A stretch of 64,000 nucleotides of DNA. It comes from Thermoplasmata archaeon. GTDB lineage: Archaea > Thermoplasmatota > Thermoplasmata > Lutacidiplasmatales > UBA184. The notes under the pieces were generated by a model that ran no database searches, was not told the origin of the DNA, and was given only the letters and a program-made list of their open reading frames with translations. The stretch spans positions 7,735 to 71,734 of the forward strand of contig JAJZYB010000006.1 in NCBI GenBank assembly GCA_021806135.1. Reading direction: 5' to 3'. Every line of letters begins with the position of its first letter. Position 1 is the first letter of the stretch. Both the position numbers and the translations under genes were made by a program. Of the stretch, positions 45,412 through 55,871 are shown in pieces.

Positions 45412-46003
45412 ACTGGACGGCCAGGGCCGCGAGGAGCAGCCCCAGGATGCGGGTGATGGCGGTGATCCCCACGCGGCCGAGGCGGCGGAAGAGCCCCTGG
45501 CCATAGCGCAGGATGAGCCAGGCGCTCACCGTGACGATGCCGACGGCGAGGAAGATGCCCAGGAGGGAGAGGACGTCGGTACCGGCGTTCCCCACGTAGA
45601 CCATGACCGTGGCGATGGACCCGGGCCCGGCGAGGAGCGGGATGCCGAGCGGGGCCACGGCGAGCTCGTCCCGCCGTTGGATGGCCTCCTGCCGGGTGGC
45701 GGGGGGAAGCTTCTGCCCCATCTCCCCACGGAACATGTCGTAGGCGGTGAAGAAGAGGAGGATGCCCCCGGCGATCTCGATGGAGAAAAGGGTGAATCCG
45801 AAGGCGGCGAAGAGGTAGCGCCCGAAGATGGCGAAGGCCACCAGGACGCCCCCGAGGACGCTCACCGCCCGTTCGACCATCGTCTGGCGGTCGTGGTCGT
45901 CAAAGTCGTGGGTCAAGGCCACGAAGAAGGGCAGGGTCCCGATGGGGTCGACCACCACGAAGAGGCTGGCGGTGGCGGCGAGGGTGAATTCCAGGGCGGA
46001 CAT
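45365..46003 (-). CDS. MarC-family integral membrane protein (UPF0056)
   Basis: 212 aa, 6 TM; FVVVDPIGTLPFFVALT N-terminal motif typical of MarC family. Confidence 0.65.
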   Translation of the reverse strand: MSALEFTLAATASLFVVVDPIGTLPFFVALTHDFDDHDRQTMVERAVSVLGGVLVAFAIFGRYLFAAFGFTLFSIEIAGGILLFFTAYDMFRGEMGQKLPPATRQEAIQRRDELAVAPLGIPLLAGPGSIATVMVYVGNAGTDVLSLLGIFLAVGIVTVSAWLILRYGQGLFRRLGRVGITAITRILGLLLAALAVQFIVNGILGIVLGLPH

Positions 46004-46045
46004 GGGCTCGATCCCGCCCCGGCGGGCGGTCCAGGGAGGCCCGGG

Positions 46046-46053
46046 GAACCGGG
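46046..46053 (-). promoter_or_regulatory. TATA-like box (CTTAAAAG) 43-50 nt upstream of marC start; possibly bidirectional with sucC
   Basis: AT-rich element in GC-rich divergent intergenic region. Confidence 0.35.
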
Positions 46054-46146
46054 CTACTTAAAAGCGCGCGTCTGGGGCCCGTCCCGGCTCCCCGGAGCAC
46101 GCAAAGGAGAATACCCCGAACCGGTTGGGCGGCCCGAAGGGATACC

Positions 46147-47316
46147 ATGGTCCGGCTGGAAGAGTGGCGAGGCAAGGAGATCTTTCGACGCTATGGCCTG
46201 CCCCTCCCGAAGGGCGTCCTGGTGCGGTCCTTGGAGGAACTGGACCGCGCCTTCGAGGGAAACACGGTCCCGTTCCCCTGCGTGGTGAAGGCCCAGGTCC
46301 TCGCCGGGGGCCGCGGGAAGGGGGGAGCCGTCCGCTTTGCGGAGACCCCCGTCGCGGCCCGGGAGGCGGTGGCGGCCCTCCTGGGGACGGAGTTCAAGGG
46401 GGAGAAGGTCAGCGCCGTGCTCCTGGAAGAGAAGCTCGGCATCTCCCGGGAGCTCTACCTCTCGGTGACCCTGGACCGTTCCCGCCGGTTGCCCTTGCTG
46501 ATGGCCTCCTCCTCGGGTGGGATGGAGATCGAGAGCCTCCCGGACGAGGCGATCCAGAAGACCTGGATCCACCCGATGAGCGGACTGGTGGCCTACCAGC
46601 GCCGCAAGGTGGCGCGGACCCTCTCGCTTCCCGGCCCCGCCCAGATGGACCTGGAGCGGATCTTGAACCTTATCTGGCGCATCTTCCGGGAGGAGGATGC
46701 CGAGCTCGTGGAGATCAACCCCCTGGCTCTGGTGGGGGACCATCTCGTCGCGCTCGACGCCAAGATGGTGGTGGAGGACGACGCGCTCTTCCGTCATCCC
46801 GAGTACGAGGGGCTGCAAGGGGAGCTCACCCCCCTCGAGGAGAAGGCCCACGAGAAGGGCATCGCTTTCGTGGAGATCGGGGGGGACATCGGGGTGATCG
46901 CCAACGGGGCCGGGCTCACCATGGCCACCCTGGACGTGCTGCTGCAGGAGGGGGGAAAACCCGGGGTCTTCCTGGACCTGGGAGGGACCGACGATTCCCG
47001 GAAGGTGGCCGAGGCGTTCCTTCTCATGACCGAGGCGCACCCGAAGGTGGTCTTTGTGAACATCTTCGGGGGAGTGACCCGGTGTGACACGGTGGCCAAG
47101 GGGCTCTTGGAGGCCATGGCGCGGGCCCCTCCCCGGTTCCCGTTGGTGGCCCGGATCCGCGGGAACAACGAGAAGGAAGGGGTGGCCATCCTCAAGGCGG
47201 GTGGGGTGGGCTCCTACACGGACCTTGCGGAATCGGTCCGCCACGTGGTGGCCCTCGAAGAGGGCCGCGAGCAGGCTACGCCCACGGTGGGGCTCAGGAC
47301 CGGAGGATCCCCATGA
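46147..47316 (+). CDS. sucC: Succinyl-CoA synthetase beta subunit
   Basis: ATP-grasp N-terminus ([16 protein letters not shown]...[15 protein letters not shown]) and CoA-ligase C-terminus ([17 protein letters not shown]). Confidence 0.85.
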   Translation: MVRLEEWRGKEIFRRYGLPLPKGVLVRSLEELDRAFEGNTVPFPCVVKAQVLAGGRGKGGAVRFAETPVAAREAVAALLGTEFKGEKVSAVLLEEKLGISRELYLSVTLDRSRRLPLLMASSSGGMEIESLPDEAIQKTWIHPMSGLVAYQRRKVARTLSLPGPAQMDLERILNLIWRIFREEDAELVEINPLALVGDHLVALDAKMVVEDDALFRHPEYEGLQGELTPLEEKAHEKGIAFVEIGGDIGVIANGAGLTMATLDVLLQEGGKPGVFLDLGGTDDSRKVAEAFLLMTEAHPKVVFVNIFGGVTRCDTVAKGLLEAMARAPPRFPLVARIRGNNEKEGVAILKAGGVGSYTDLAESVRHVVALEEGREQATPTVGLRTGGSP

Positions 47317-48197
47317 GCGTCCTGGTCGGGGACGAGACCCGGGTGGTGGTCCAGGGGATCACCGGGCACCAGGGGACCCTTCACACCCGGGGCATGCTCG
47401 CCTTCGGCACGAAGGTGGTGGCCGGGGTCACTCCGGGGCGCGGGGGCGCGACCGTGGAGGGGGTCCCCGTCTTTGACGCGGTGGAGGACGCGGTCCGGGC
47501 GACCGGGGCGAATGCCGCGTGCATCTTCGTCCCGGCCCCGTTCGCCAAGGATGCCCTTATCGAGGCCGTGGACGCCGGCATCCCATTGGCCGTGATCATC
47601 ACGGAGCACATCCCGTTCCACGACATGCTGGAGATGCTCTACTACGCCCGGGCCCAGGGGACGCGGATCATCGGTCCGAACTGCCCGGGCCTCGCGAGCC
47701 CGGGGAAGGCGAAGGTGGGCATCCTGCCCAACGTGATCTTCCGCCCGGGGCGGGTGGGGGTGGTGAGCCGGAGCGGCACGCTCACTTACGAGATGGTGAA
47801 CTCGGTGAGCGAGGCCGGGTTCGGGCAGTCCACCTGCATCGGCCTGGGGGGGGATCCGGTGAACGGCACCACGTTCGTGGACGCGCTGGAGCTCTTCCAG
47901 AGGGACCCGGGGACGGACGCCATCGTGATGGTGGGGGAGATCGGCGGGGTGGCGGAGGAGGAGGCGGCGGAGTTCATCGAAGCGAAAGTGACCAAGCCGG
48001 TGGTCGGCTACATCGCCGGGCGTTCTGCTCCGCCGGGGAAGAGGATGGGCCACGCCGGGGCGATCATCACCCGGGGGCGGGGGACGGCCGAGAGCAAGGT
48101 AAAGGCCCTCACGCGCGCCGGGGTACGGATGGCCCGATTCCCCTATGAGATACCGGACCGGGTCCGGGAGGCCGTGGCCTCCCTGGGAGGCCGGTAG
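47313..48197 (+). CDS. sucD: Succinyl-CoA synthetase alpha subunit
   Basis: [23 protein letters not shown], phosphohistidine region GHAGAI; 4-nt overlap with sucC. Confidence 0.85.
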   Translation: MSVLVGDETRVVVQGITGHQGTLHTRGMLAFGTKVVAGVTPGRGGATVEGVPVFDAVEDAVRATGANAACIFVPAPFAKDALIEAVDAGIPLAVIITEHIPFHDMLEMLYYARAQGTRIIGPNCPGLASPGKAKVGILPNVIFRPGRVGVVSRSGTLTYEMVNSVSEAGFGQSTCIGLGGDPVNGTTFVDALELFQRDPGTDAIVMVGEIGGVAEEEAAEFIEAKVTKPVVGYIAGRSAPPGKRMGHAGAIITRGRGTAESKVKALTRAGVRMARFPYEIPDRVREAVASLGGR

Positions 48198-48198
48198 G

Positions 48199-48423
48199 AT
48201 GCCCCCGGGGGACGAGCAGCGTCCCCGGCCCCCGACCGAGGAGCCTCCGTGCATGGTTCCGGGCTGTGGGGCTGTCTCGGAGCGCTCCCTGGCCCTGGCG
48301 GAGGCCCGGAAGGTCTTTCCAGCGCTGCCAGAGGGCCGTCGGGCCCACCTCTGCCGCGCGCACTACAAGGAATGGAAGAAGGGGACCAAGAAGGACCGGG
48401 AACTCCGCCGGCTCGGCTGGTAG
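48199..48423 (+). CDS. Small basic Cys/His-containing protein (hypothetical; CxxxxC...HxCxxH), coupled to sucD
   Basis: ATG 2 nt after sucD stop; 74 aa: CMVPGC ... HLCRAH motif and Lys/Arg-rich C-terminus. Confidence 0.35.
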   Translation: MPPGDEQRPRPPTEEPPCMVPGCGAVSERSLALAEARKVFPALPEGRRAHLCRAHYKEWKKGTKKDRELRRLGW

Positions 48424-48473
48424 GCGCCTTCGGGAAAGGGTTGGCCGCGTGGGCGGGCCAGGGGGATCCTCCC

Positions 48474-48581
48474 TCACTGGGCCCGCATCTTCTGGGCGCG
48501 CATGCGGCGGCGCATGCGCTTCTTCCGCCACTTCCAGCGCATGTGCCCGCGCTTCTTCCACACCCGGGAGCTGCGTTTCAT
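48474..48581 (-). CDS. rpl41e: Ribosomal protein L41e (35 aa; not in the >=60-aa ORF track)
   Basis: Minus-strand ORF [35 protein letters not shown]; closely resembles eukaryotic/archaeal L41e ([22 protein letters not shown]); TATA-like GTTAATAAC 42-50 nt upstream. Confidence 0.7.
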   Translation of the reverse strand: [35 protein letters not shown]

Positions 48582-48622
48582 CCAGGAACCACCGATAGGG
48601 CCAGCGGCCCTACCGACCTCCC

Positions 48623-48631
48623 GTTATTAAC
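48623..48631 (-). promoter_or_regulatory. TATA-like box for rpl41e
   Basis: TTATTAA element at appropriate distance upstream of the L41e start on the minus strand. Confidence 0.45.
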
Positions 48632-48737
48632 GTTGCGGCCCCCCGGAGCGCGAGTGGAGCAGAACAACTCTTTCCGGTCCAGGAGGGGGGGCGGGGGAAG
48701 GAGGATGGGTTAATCGTCCCGGACTCCTCGTCCAGGC

Positions 48738-49181
48738 ATGCTCTCCGATGAGGAACTCCAAGGGCAGGTGCTGACCTTCCGGGGAACGGCGTTCTCCTAT
48801 GAACGTCAGCTGGAGGGGCCTGGGGGGCCCTGGGCGCTCTTCCACCGTCGGGAGACGGAGGCCAAGGCGAAGCTTCGACCGAAGGTGATCAGACGGTGGG
48901 TCCTGGTCCCGCTCTCCTGGATCTTCGAGGAGCGGGGTAACGGTTCGCTCGTCCTTGGAAAGGGAGGCCGCCGCCCCCCGTCGGTGCTCTCCCCGGGCCC
49001 CATGGTCTCGGAGGAACCCCTCCCGCTGCCGGGGTCCTCGTTCGAGGAGCAGGGAATCCCCTTCCACACGTTCCACTTCCCGTCGGGGGAGGAGCTCTAC
49101 GTTCCCGAGGAGCAAAGGGGGACGTGGGTCGAGAGCACGAACCTCGCCCGGCTTGGACTGTCGGCTCCCCGGGAGGGCTGA
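48738..49181 (+). CDS. Hypothetical protein
   Basis: 147-aa ORF with balanced composition in a non-coding-looking gap; no recognisable motif. Confidence 0.3.
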   Translation: MLSDEELQGQVLTFRGTAFSYERQLEGPGGPWALFHRRETEAKAKLRPKVIRRWVLVPLSWIFEERGNGSLVLGKGGRRPPSVLSPGPMVSEEPLPLPGSSFEEQGIPFHTFHFPSGEELYVPEEQRGTWVESTNLARLGLSAPREG

Positions 49182-49229
49182 CCTCCGGGGGAAGAAGGTT
49201 TAGGAGCTCTACCCGTCCTCTCCGGCACC

Positions 49230-49550
49230 ATGCTCCTTGAGGAGGGGACCTCCCTGGGCCGGGCCGAGCTCGAAAGGCTTCACCGGGAGCTCCAGGAGGA
49301 GCTGAACGACCTGGGGGAGCGGATCCGGTCCCCATCGGCGGAGGTGTTGGAACCGGGTCTCCTCTGGTCGGCCCGCGAACTGTCCGAGGCCTTCTCCCAT
49401 GTCCCCGGGGACCTCTCGCTGGGGTCGACGGAGGATCTTCGCCGGTGGGTGAACCTCGAGCATGCCCTCTCGGTGGTCCTCCTCGAGCACTTGAAGCTCG
49501 CCACCGCGCTACCGCGGGTGCCCCGCCGGCGGGCGACCTCCGCGCCGTGA
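49230..49550 (+). CDS. Hypothetical protein
   Basis: 106-aa ORF, helical/charged; no recognisable motif. Confidence 0.25.
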   Translation: MLLEEGTSLGRAELERLHRELQEELNDLGERIRSPSAEVLEPGLLWSARELSEAFSHVPGDLSLGSTEDLRRWVNLEHALSVVLLEHLKLATALPRVPRRRATSAP

Positions 49551-49600
49551 AGGGCGGGCCGGTAACGCGACCCCTTCCCTGCCCTCCGGGCACGGGGGGA

Positions 49601-50737
49601 TCAGAGAACGCCCATCTCGGTGAGCTTCTGGGGCAGGTAGGTCTGCGTCACGTAGTTCAGCCCGTACTTCGCCAGGGACTGCTGCTCGGCCTTCTTCCCG
49701 TTCTGGAGCATGAGCTCGATCTCGGCCCGCCACTGCTCGGTGTTGAACCGGGGGTCCGTGAGCTCCGCCCGGAGCGCCTGCACGTCCTGGACCGTGAGCT
49801 TGTCGCTGGGGAGCTTGTAGTTCTCGATGTCCGAGGCCGTGACCCCCAGGAACTCCGCTCCGGGGGTGGCCAGGTAGTGGGAGATGTGGGCGGTCTTGAT
49901 GGCCCCGAAGGCCACCGACGCATAGATCCGGAACGACCAGGGGTCCCCGTCGGTGAAGACGACCACGGGGAGCTTCAGTTCCTCGTTCAGGCGTTTGACG
50001 AAGCGGCGGGTGGAGCGGGCCGGCTGGCCCTTCAGGTGGACGAGGAGGGCCCGGTTCTCCTCGTCGAACCCGTTCTCCGCGAGGCGGTCGACCATTCCCC
50101 CGCACTCGATGGCCAGCACGAACTTCAGGTTGTGTCCTTTGAAGGTGATCTTCTCCTTCTCCACGTTGGCGGGAAGCTGGTAGCCCCCGTCCCCCACGTC
50201 GTCCCGGCAGTTGATCTTCTTCTTCTGGCCCTTCCGGTTGATCTCCTCCAGGGTGAGATCCCCGATGACGGAGGCCCCGTTCTCCTCCGGCTTCAGCCGG
50301 AAGTCCTCCCGGAGCGCGGTGCAGAGGACCTCCAGGTCCTCCACCAGGAGGTTCGACTCGTTCTCGGAGTGGAACTTGGCCTCCTCCCACTGTTCGGAGA
50401 TGTAGTAGAGCTCCCTCAGGGTGGAGGTCTTGTGGTCCCTCGCCATCTCGTTGATGAACTCCACCAGCCAGAAGGTCCGCAGGAGCATGAGGGCCCCATC
50501 CAGCTTCCGGGCGGAACGGGTCCCGGACTGCTTCCCCAGGCGCCAGACCCCTTCCCGGAGGTTGAACTGGATGTTCTGCTTGGTGCGCAAGGGGAGCTTC
50601 ATCCGGGGGATCTCCCCGCGTTCCAGCTGACGGTAGATGTCCCGGGCCAGGTCCCGGGTGGGCTGGAGGGCTGCCGGGATCGCTCCCACCGGGTCAGTCT
50701 TCGTCCGAGGCGACGGATTCCTTTCCTTCTGCGGCAT
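49601..50737 (-). CDS. top6A: DNA topoisomerase VI subunit A (Spo11 homologue)
   Basis: Start chosen at MPQKERNP...; winged-helix region with catalytic Tyr region and Toprim domain ([13 protein letters not shown]..., [11 protein letters not shown]). Confidence 0.85.
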   Translation of the reverse strand: MPQKERNPSPRTKTDPVGAIPAALQPTRDLARDIYRQLERGEIPRMKLPLRTKQNIQFNLREGVWRLGKQSGTRSARKLDGALMLLRTFWLVEFINEMARDHKTSTLRELYYISEQWEEAKFHSENESNLLVEDLEVLCTALREDFRLKPEENGASVIGDLTLEEINRKGQKKKINCRDDVGDGGYQLPANVEKEKITFKGHNLKFVLAIECGGMVDRLAENGFDEENRALLVHLKGQPARSTRRFVKRLNEELKLPVVVFTDGDPWSFRIYASVAFGAIKTAHISHYLATPGAEFLGVTASDIENYKLPSDKLTVQDVQALRAELTDPRFNTEQWRAEIELMLQNGKKAEQQSLAKYGLNYVTQTYLPQKLTEMGVL

Positions 50738-52736
50738 CGTAGTCCACCTCCTCCGGCTCCGTGCCGGTCGTCGGCCCCGTCTCGGCCGCCTCCACCAGGG
50801 CAGCGGGGAGACGCACGTCCCAGTCCCCGGGGAGGGGTTCTGCCCCGAGAAGATGGGATTCGTCCACCCCGGCCACGTAGACGTCGACGTCCTCCGGGTC
50901 GAGCTTGACCCCCCGGGGCCAGCGGAGAGTGAGCTCCAGGTGCCCGTTGGGGGAGAGCTCGGAGAGGGGGAAGGAGACGCGCCCGAGCTCAGGTTGGACA
51001 AGCTCGGGGGTGGGCTCCGCCTGGAAGCCCTCCTTCAGGGCCTCCAGGGGGAGTTCGAGGAAGACCTCCAACCGGCGCTTCCGGTCCGTGTAGTTCACCA
51101 GGCTGAGGGTGGCCAGGGGAGCGGGGTCTTCCGGGGCCTTCGGGTCCCCCCGGATCTCCACGGCCACCACATCCATGATCTTCGTGATGACCCGGGTGAG
51201 GTCGGGGATGGGTCCCTGGACGATCTCGCTGGCCTTCTCGGCGATCCGGGGGAGGATCCGCTGGATGATCCGGAACTTCTCCTCCGCGAAGGACCGGCGG
51301 ACCTGCCGGGAGAGGTGGACCTTCATGCTCCGGGCCGCGGCCTGGACCGCCAAAGCGATCTCCCGGGTGATCTCCTCCGTCTCCGCGACGGCCTCCTTGG
51401 CCTCGGAGGTGTAGGGGATCTTCGTCGAGGCGAGATGGACCAAGAGGATCACCGGGCCCACGGGGAGCGCCCCGCTCTTCTGCTCCAGCCCATAGCGGTG
51501 CCAGTCGAGCTCCGAGACGGTGCTGGTGATGGCGCAGGCGCCTTGCTGGAAGAGCAGCGGCACCCGGTTGGCGAACCTGAGCAGTTGGATGGGTTGGTCG
51601 GACGGGAGGTCGCCTCCGTAGACCAGCCCCACCTCCACCACAAAGGGGCAGCCCGCATGGACCTTGGGAGGGCGGGTGACCGGGGGTGCGTAGAAGTCCG
51701 GTCGCATGGTTCCGAGGACGTTCTTCAATCCCCGTTTGATGAGCAGGGGCCCGATGGGGGAGAGGCAATCCGAGGAGGGAGGTGCGAGCGGGGTGTTCTT
51801 CAACGCGGTCAAGAGGCTCTCCACCTGGGGGCCGGTGACGCCGCCCGGGGGATCCTTCGGTCCGATCCCGGCCGCTGCGAGTACCTCGCCCGCAGCCCGG
51901 CGGGAGAGCCCGGAAAGGTCCTCGGTGAGGAACTGCATCATGGCGTTCGACCGGCTCTGGTGGAGCCGTTGGTCCAGCTCCCCCAGCTCGAGCCCGTGGG
52001 GGTGGGGGGGGATCTCCCGCGGCAGGACGGGAAGTTCGGTGCTCGCCCGTTCCCAGGTGGTCCGGGTCCCATCCGGTTCCACGAGGGTGAGCCGGGCATG
52101 GGGGTTCACGATCGCCGTGCCACGGAGGTATTCGTAGGGGGACTGGCGCCCTCGCTGGTAACGGGCCTTCAGGGTCAGTTCCACCCGGGTCCCCTGGGGC
52201 CGATCCCAAGCGAGCGCGTCCTCCCGGAGGATCCGGGGCTGGTTCTTGGCGGTGTCGAGGAGGATCTCCACCTCGTAGGCGGCGGGGGCTTCGGCCACCT
52301 TGGAAACGATCCGGGTGGGATTGGCGGTGGTCAACCCGGCGTAGAGCACGGCCGCCGAGATGCCGATCCCTTGCTGCCCCCGGGCCTGCCGGTTGGCATG
52401 GAAACGGGAGCCGTAGAGGAGCCTACCGAAGACGTTGGGCACCTCCCTCCGAAGGATCCCCGGGCCATTGTCCTCCACCGCCACCGCGAGCCGGTCCTCT
52501 CCTGCCTTGCGGATCTCCACCAGGACGTCCGGGAGCACCCGGGCCTCCTCGGTGGCGTCCAAGGCGTTGTCCACGGCCTCCTTCACCGTGGTCAACAGGG
52601 CCCGCTGGGGGTTGTCGAAGCCGAGGATCTGGCGGTTCCGCTCGAAGAACTCCGCCACCGAGATGGAGCGCTGACGGGACGCCAGTTCCTCTGCCAGCGT
52701 CCGTTTGGGGGGCATCTTGTGCACGAGGAACGGCAC
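50694..52736 (-). CDS. top6B: DNA topoisomerase VI subunit B (GHKL ATPase)
   Basis: Bergerat-fold motifs (EAVDNALDA; DNGPGI; GQQGIG), transducer domain; 3' end overlaps top6A start by 44 nt. Confidence 0.85.
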   Translation of the reverse strand: MPFLVHKMPPKRTLAEELASRQRSISVAEFFERNRQILGFDNPQRALLTTVKEAVDNALDATEEARVLPDVLVEIRKAGEDRLAVAVEDNGPGILRREVPNVFGRLLYGSRFHANRQARGQQGIGISAAVLYAGLTTANPTRIVSKVAEAPAAYEVEILLDTAKNQPRILREDALAWDRPQGTRVELTLKARYQRGRQSPYEYLRGTAIVNPHARLTLVEPDGTRTTWERASTELPVLPREIPPHPHGLELGELDQRLHQSRSNAMMQFLTEDLSGLSRRAAGEVLAAAGIGPKDPPGGVTGPQVESLLTALKNTPLAPPSSDCLSPIGPLLIKRGLKNVLGTMRPDFYAPPVTRPPKVHAGCPFVVEVGLVYGGDLPSDQPIQLLRFANRVPLLFQQGACAITSTVSELDWHRYGLEQKSGALPVGPVILLVHLASTKIPYTSEAKEAVAETEEITREIALAVQAAARSMKVHLSRQVRRSFAEEKFRIIQRILPRIAEKASEIVQGPIPDLTRVITKIMDVVAVEIRGDPKAPEDPAPLATLSLVNYTDRKRRLEVFLELPLEALKEGFQAEPTPELVQPELGRVSFPLSELSPNGHLELTLRWPRGVKLDPEDVDVYVAGVDESHLLGAEPLPGDWDVRLPAALVEAAETGPTTGTEPEEVDYDAAEGKESVASDED

Positions 52737-52767
52737 GGCTTAAAGAGTCCACCGTTCACTGCGGCCC

Positions 52768-53529
52768 GTGGTGCGTGTCCCCCCAGCGCTGGGCGACGCC
52801 GACCGGCTCCGGCTCGAGGGAGAGAAGTCCCGGCGGCGTCGAGAGGTCTGGGAGGCCCTCCAACGGGAGCGGGTGGCCCGGTTCCCCTTTCCCCCCCAGG
52901 ACCGAATCCCCAATTTCGAGGGGGCCCTGGAGGCGGCCAAGGGGCTGGCGGCCACCCCCGAGTTCCAGGCGGCCCGCGTGGTCAAGGTCAACCCGGATGC
53001 GCCTCAACTACCGGTGCGCACGGAGGTCCTGCGCGGCGGGAAGCTCCTGGTGATGTCCGTTCCCAGGCTGAGGGACCCCCGGTGCTTCCGTCTCCTGAGG
53101 CCAGGGAGCGCGGTCCCCCCCACCATCGAGCGGGGGATGTCCCGGGGGGAGGCGCTCCTCCCCGAGGAGGTACCCTTTGTGGACCTCGTCGTGGCCGGGA
53201 GCGTGGTGGTGGGTCCCCGGGGCGAACGGCTGGGGAAGGGGGGAGGGTTCTCGGACCTGGAGTGGGGCCTCCTCCTGGCGGGGGAGCGGGTGGGGGTGGC
53301 CACGCGGGTGGCGACGACCATCCACCCTCTCCAGCGGAGCGAGGTGAACCTCCCGGTCCTGCCCCACGACGTGCCGCTCGATCTCGCGGCCACTCCACGG
53401 GGGGTGGAGCGCTTTCCTGCCTTCCTTCCCCGTCCCCCCGGGATCCTCCCGGAGGAACTCACTCCGGCGACCCTCAGCGAGATCCCTTGGCTGAAGGAGT
53501 GGCTGGCCCGTCGCGCCCGGCGCCGGTGA
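52768..53529 (+). CDS. 5-formyltetrahydrofolate cyclo-ligase family protein
   Basis: PQDRIPNFEGA and GERLGKGGGFSDL motifs typical of MTHFS/5-FCL-like proteins. Confidence 0.6.
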   Translation: MVRVPPALGDADRLRLEGEKSRRRREVWEALQRERVARFPFPPQDRIPNFEGALEAAKGLAATPEFQAARVVKVNPDAPQLPVRTEVLRGGKLLVMSVPRLRDPRCFRLLRPGSAVPPTIERGMSRGEALLPEEVPFVDLVVAGSVVVGPRGERLGKGGGFSDLEWGLLLAGERVGVATRVATTIHPLQRSEVNLPVLPHDVPLDLAATPRGVERFPAFLPRPPGILPEELTPATLSEIPWLKEWLARRARRR

Positions 53530-53646
53530 GGAAGGCCGCCCGGGCATCGGCTGGGGTGAGGCTGGCCGGGGATCTCCCCGGTCCGTCGGGACCGGGGCCG
53601 GGGGGAAGGTGAGGCGCCGGGAGACCTCGAGGCGAAGAGGAACGAA

Positions 53647-53655
53647 TGCTATATG
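53647..53655 (+). promoter_or_regulatory. TATA-like box (GCTATATGG) ~30 nt upstream of membrane-protein gene start
   Basis: AT-rich element in GC-rich intergenic region. Confidence 0.4.
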
Positions 53656-53681
53656 GCCCGGGTCCCCGATAATCAATCCCT

Positions 53682-54374
53682 ATGCCGCTGGTCCTGCAGT
53701 GGGACAACCTGGGGGGAGTGATCCTACCCTTCCTCACCTGCGCAAGTCTGGCCGCCTCGTTGGCCGCGCTCCTCTGGAAGGTGGGGGAGCGAGGAGGGTT
53801 GGTCCATCGGCGGGAGGCGTGTCTGGGCTGCACGCTGGAAGCGGCTTTGCGGAAGCGGGGGACCTGCTCGGAAGCCTGCGCCGTGAACTGGATCCCGGCT
53901 CTCCCGCTTGGCCTCTTCTTCGTGACCACCACCCTTCTCTTCCTCACGGTGGGGTTTCCGTGGGTGGTCTTGGACTACGTGATCCCCTTGGGAGCGAGCG
54001 GGAGTTCGAGCCTCGCCCTGGTGGGTCTCGTGGCCGGTTCCATGGGCGGAGCCGCCGTGGCCCTGGCCGGCTACTTTGTCCAGGAACGGGCCCGTAACCG
54101 GGAGATCTTCCTTCGTATCGGGGTCGGAGCCACGTTGGTGGGCGGGGTCGGGAGCCTGTTCCTGCCCGCTCCGCTGAACCTTTCGGCAGGATTGCTGACC
54201 CCTCTCGCCCTATGGATGCTTCTCCTGGGGCTGGGGCTCGAACGGTGGGCCCGGGAAGGCCGGGCGACCCTGGGGATCCGTGCCCTGGCCCTGACCCTGG
54301 TCCCCCTGTTCGTCCTGGTGGTCATCGCGCTGACCCGTCTCTTCCTGCTCTTGAAGGGCTCCGGGGCGCTCTGA
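53682..54374 (+). CDS. Integral membrane protein (hypothetical) with N-terminal Cys cluster
   Basis: 230 aa; CLGCTLEAALRKRGTCSEAC followed by ~6 TM segments. Confidence 0.45.
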   Translation: MPLVLQWDNLGGVILPFLTCASLAASLAALLWKVGERGGLVHRREACLGCTLEAALRKRGTCSEACAVNWIPALPLGLFFVTTTLLFLTVGFPWVVLDYVIPLGASGSSSLALVGLVAGSMGGAAVALAGYFVQERARNREIFLRIGVGATLVGGVGSLFLPAPLNLSAGLLTPLALWMLLLGLGLERWAREGRATLGIRALALTLVPLFVLVVIALTRLFLLLKGSGAL

Positions 54375-54672
54375 GGGCCAGCGGGGCAGGCGGGAGCGGA
54401 GAGGGGTCTGCCGAGGGGGGAGCGGAAGCCATGGGCAGGGTCAGGTGGACGACCGGAGCCCTCAACGAGGGGGGATCCCGAACCACGGTGAGGCTGACGA
54501 TGAGGAGGATGGCGGCGGACCCGAAGCCTGCCAGCACCAGGGCAGGGGCCCCTCCGTGGCCGGCCAGCAGGTAGTAGGCTGCGACCCCGGCCGTTCCCAG
54601 GGCCAACGCCACGAGTCGGTGGCGGAAGCGGACGGTTGCCTGGCGCTCTGGCATGGCTCCTTCCCTGGTGGA

Positions 54673-55785
54673 TCAATCTGGGGACGGGTCCCAGGGTCTC
54701 CGGAGCACCGGGGTCGACGGGGGAGAGGTACCGGATCGGAGACGCTGCTCAAGGGCCGAGAGCATCCCCTGCAGGTCCTCCTCGGAGACGTGGGGGTCGG
54801 GAGATGCCAAGGGGTCGGGTAGGGACGTCTCCCCGCTTGCGGCGGTCGGGCCGTGGGCTCGATAGGGGGAGGAGGAGCCGCGGCCGCTCCGGCTCGAAGG
54901 GCTCCGGGGGCGGCGTGGGGCATGCCCGGGGGGCACGGGAAGAGCCCGACGGAAACCCTCCAGACCCGCGCGGAGGGACCTCTCTTCAAGGGACTTCCCC
55001 CCCCCGGCTTTCTCGGGATCTGGGATGCCGTCTGGTCGGGGCTCTGTGAAGCCAGGGATGGCCCGGAGAAGCTCCTCTTCCGTCGGGAGCCTCAGGGGTC
55101 CGTTTCCCTTGGTCGTTTGGTCGGTCCCCGGAGGGCTGTCGGGGGGGCTGCGGGCGGGAACCACGGGCCGGGCCAGGTCCTCCTCGTCAACGGGGGCCGG
55201 AGCGGGGAGGGATGGCTCGACCCCAGGGGGGCCTGGTTCGTGAGGGGGGAGACCGGGGATGGGCCTGGTCAACTCTTCGGCGAGGCGGTCGAGTGTTGCC
55301 AGGACCCCCTCCGGGTTTCGGGGTAGGGTGAAACCGCCGCCCAGATCGGCAGGAAGAGGCCGGACCTGCCAGGGCCGATGAGGCGCGGGGTCCGTCCCTG
55401 TCTGGGCAAGGGCACCCGGGGGACCCGGGCTAAAGGACGGGCTGGAGCCGAGCGGTCCGGCCGCTGGTGACCGCAGGTGGGCCGATGGCTCTTGAGGTCC
55501 CGCCACCGCTATGGGGGGGGTGCGCCCGGTAAGGGGATCCGGTAGGTCGCCCGAACCGGCCTCCGGACCGGAAGCGGGGGCGGGGGAGATGGGGTTGGGA
55601 ACGAGGAAGAGGACGGAGACGATCAGCACCGAGGATCCTAACGCCACGTTGAAATATGGTCCGGGTCCGAGCTGTCCCAGGGCGAAGAGTTCGACCAGGC
55701 CGGCCAGGAGTGCCGTCGCCCCGGCGAGGATCAGCAGATAGAGAAGGGTCCGCCTTCTTTCCGGCAGGCCCGAGGTCTTCGTCAC
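54673..55785 (-). CDS. Membrane-anchored Pro-rich protein (hypothetical)
   Basis: Two N-terminal TM helices then ~300 aa of Pro/Ser/Gly-rich low-complexity sequence. Confidence 0.4.
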   Translation of the reverse strand: MTKTSGLPERRRTLLYLLILAGATALLAGLVELFALGQLGPGPYFNVALGSSVLIVSVLFLVPNPISPAPASGPEAGSGDLPDPLTGRTPPIAVAGPQEPSAHLRSPAAGPLGSSPSFSPGPPGALAQTGTDPAPHRPWQVRPLPADLGGGFTLPRNPEGVLATLDRLAEELTRPIPGLPPHEPGPPGVEPSLPAPAPVDEEDLARPVVPARSPPDSPPGTDQTTKGNGPLRLPTEEELLRAIPGFTEPRPDGIPDPEKAGGGKSLEERSLRAGLEGFRRALPVPPGHAPRRPRSPSSRSGRGSSSPYRAHGPTAASGETSLPDPLASPDPHVSEEDLQGMLSALEQRLRSGTSPPSTPVLRRPWDPSPD

Positions 55786-55871
55786 GGACCCTCCTCCTCG
55801 TTTCGCATGCTCACGGGGGCCGGGGTTTCCCTATGCGCCTGCCGGAGGATAATCCTGTTCCTTGGTGGGAC

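Noticed and set aside
50637-53612. 991-aa + strand ORF antisense to top6B and overlapping the 5-FCL gene
   Set aside because: Low-complexity GC-driven ORF; top6B (minus strand) has clear GHKL motifs and the 5-FCL-like gene is in a different frame
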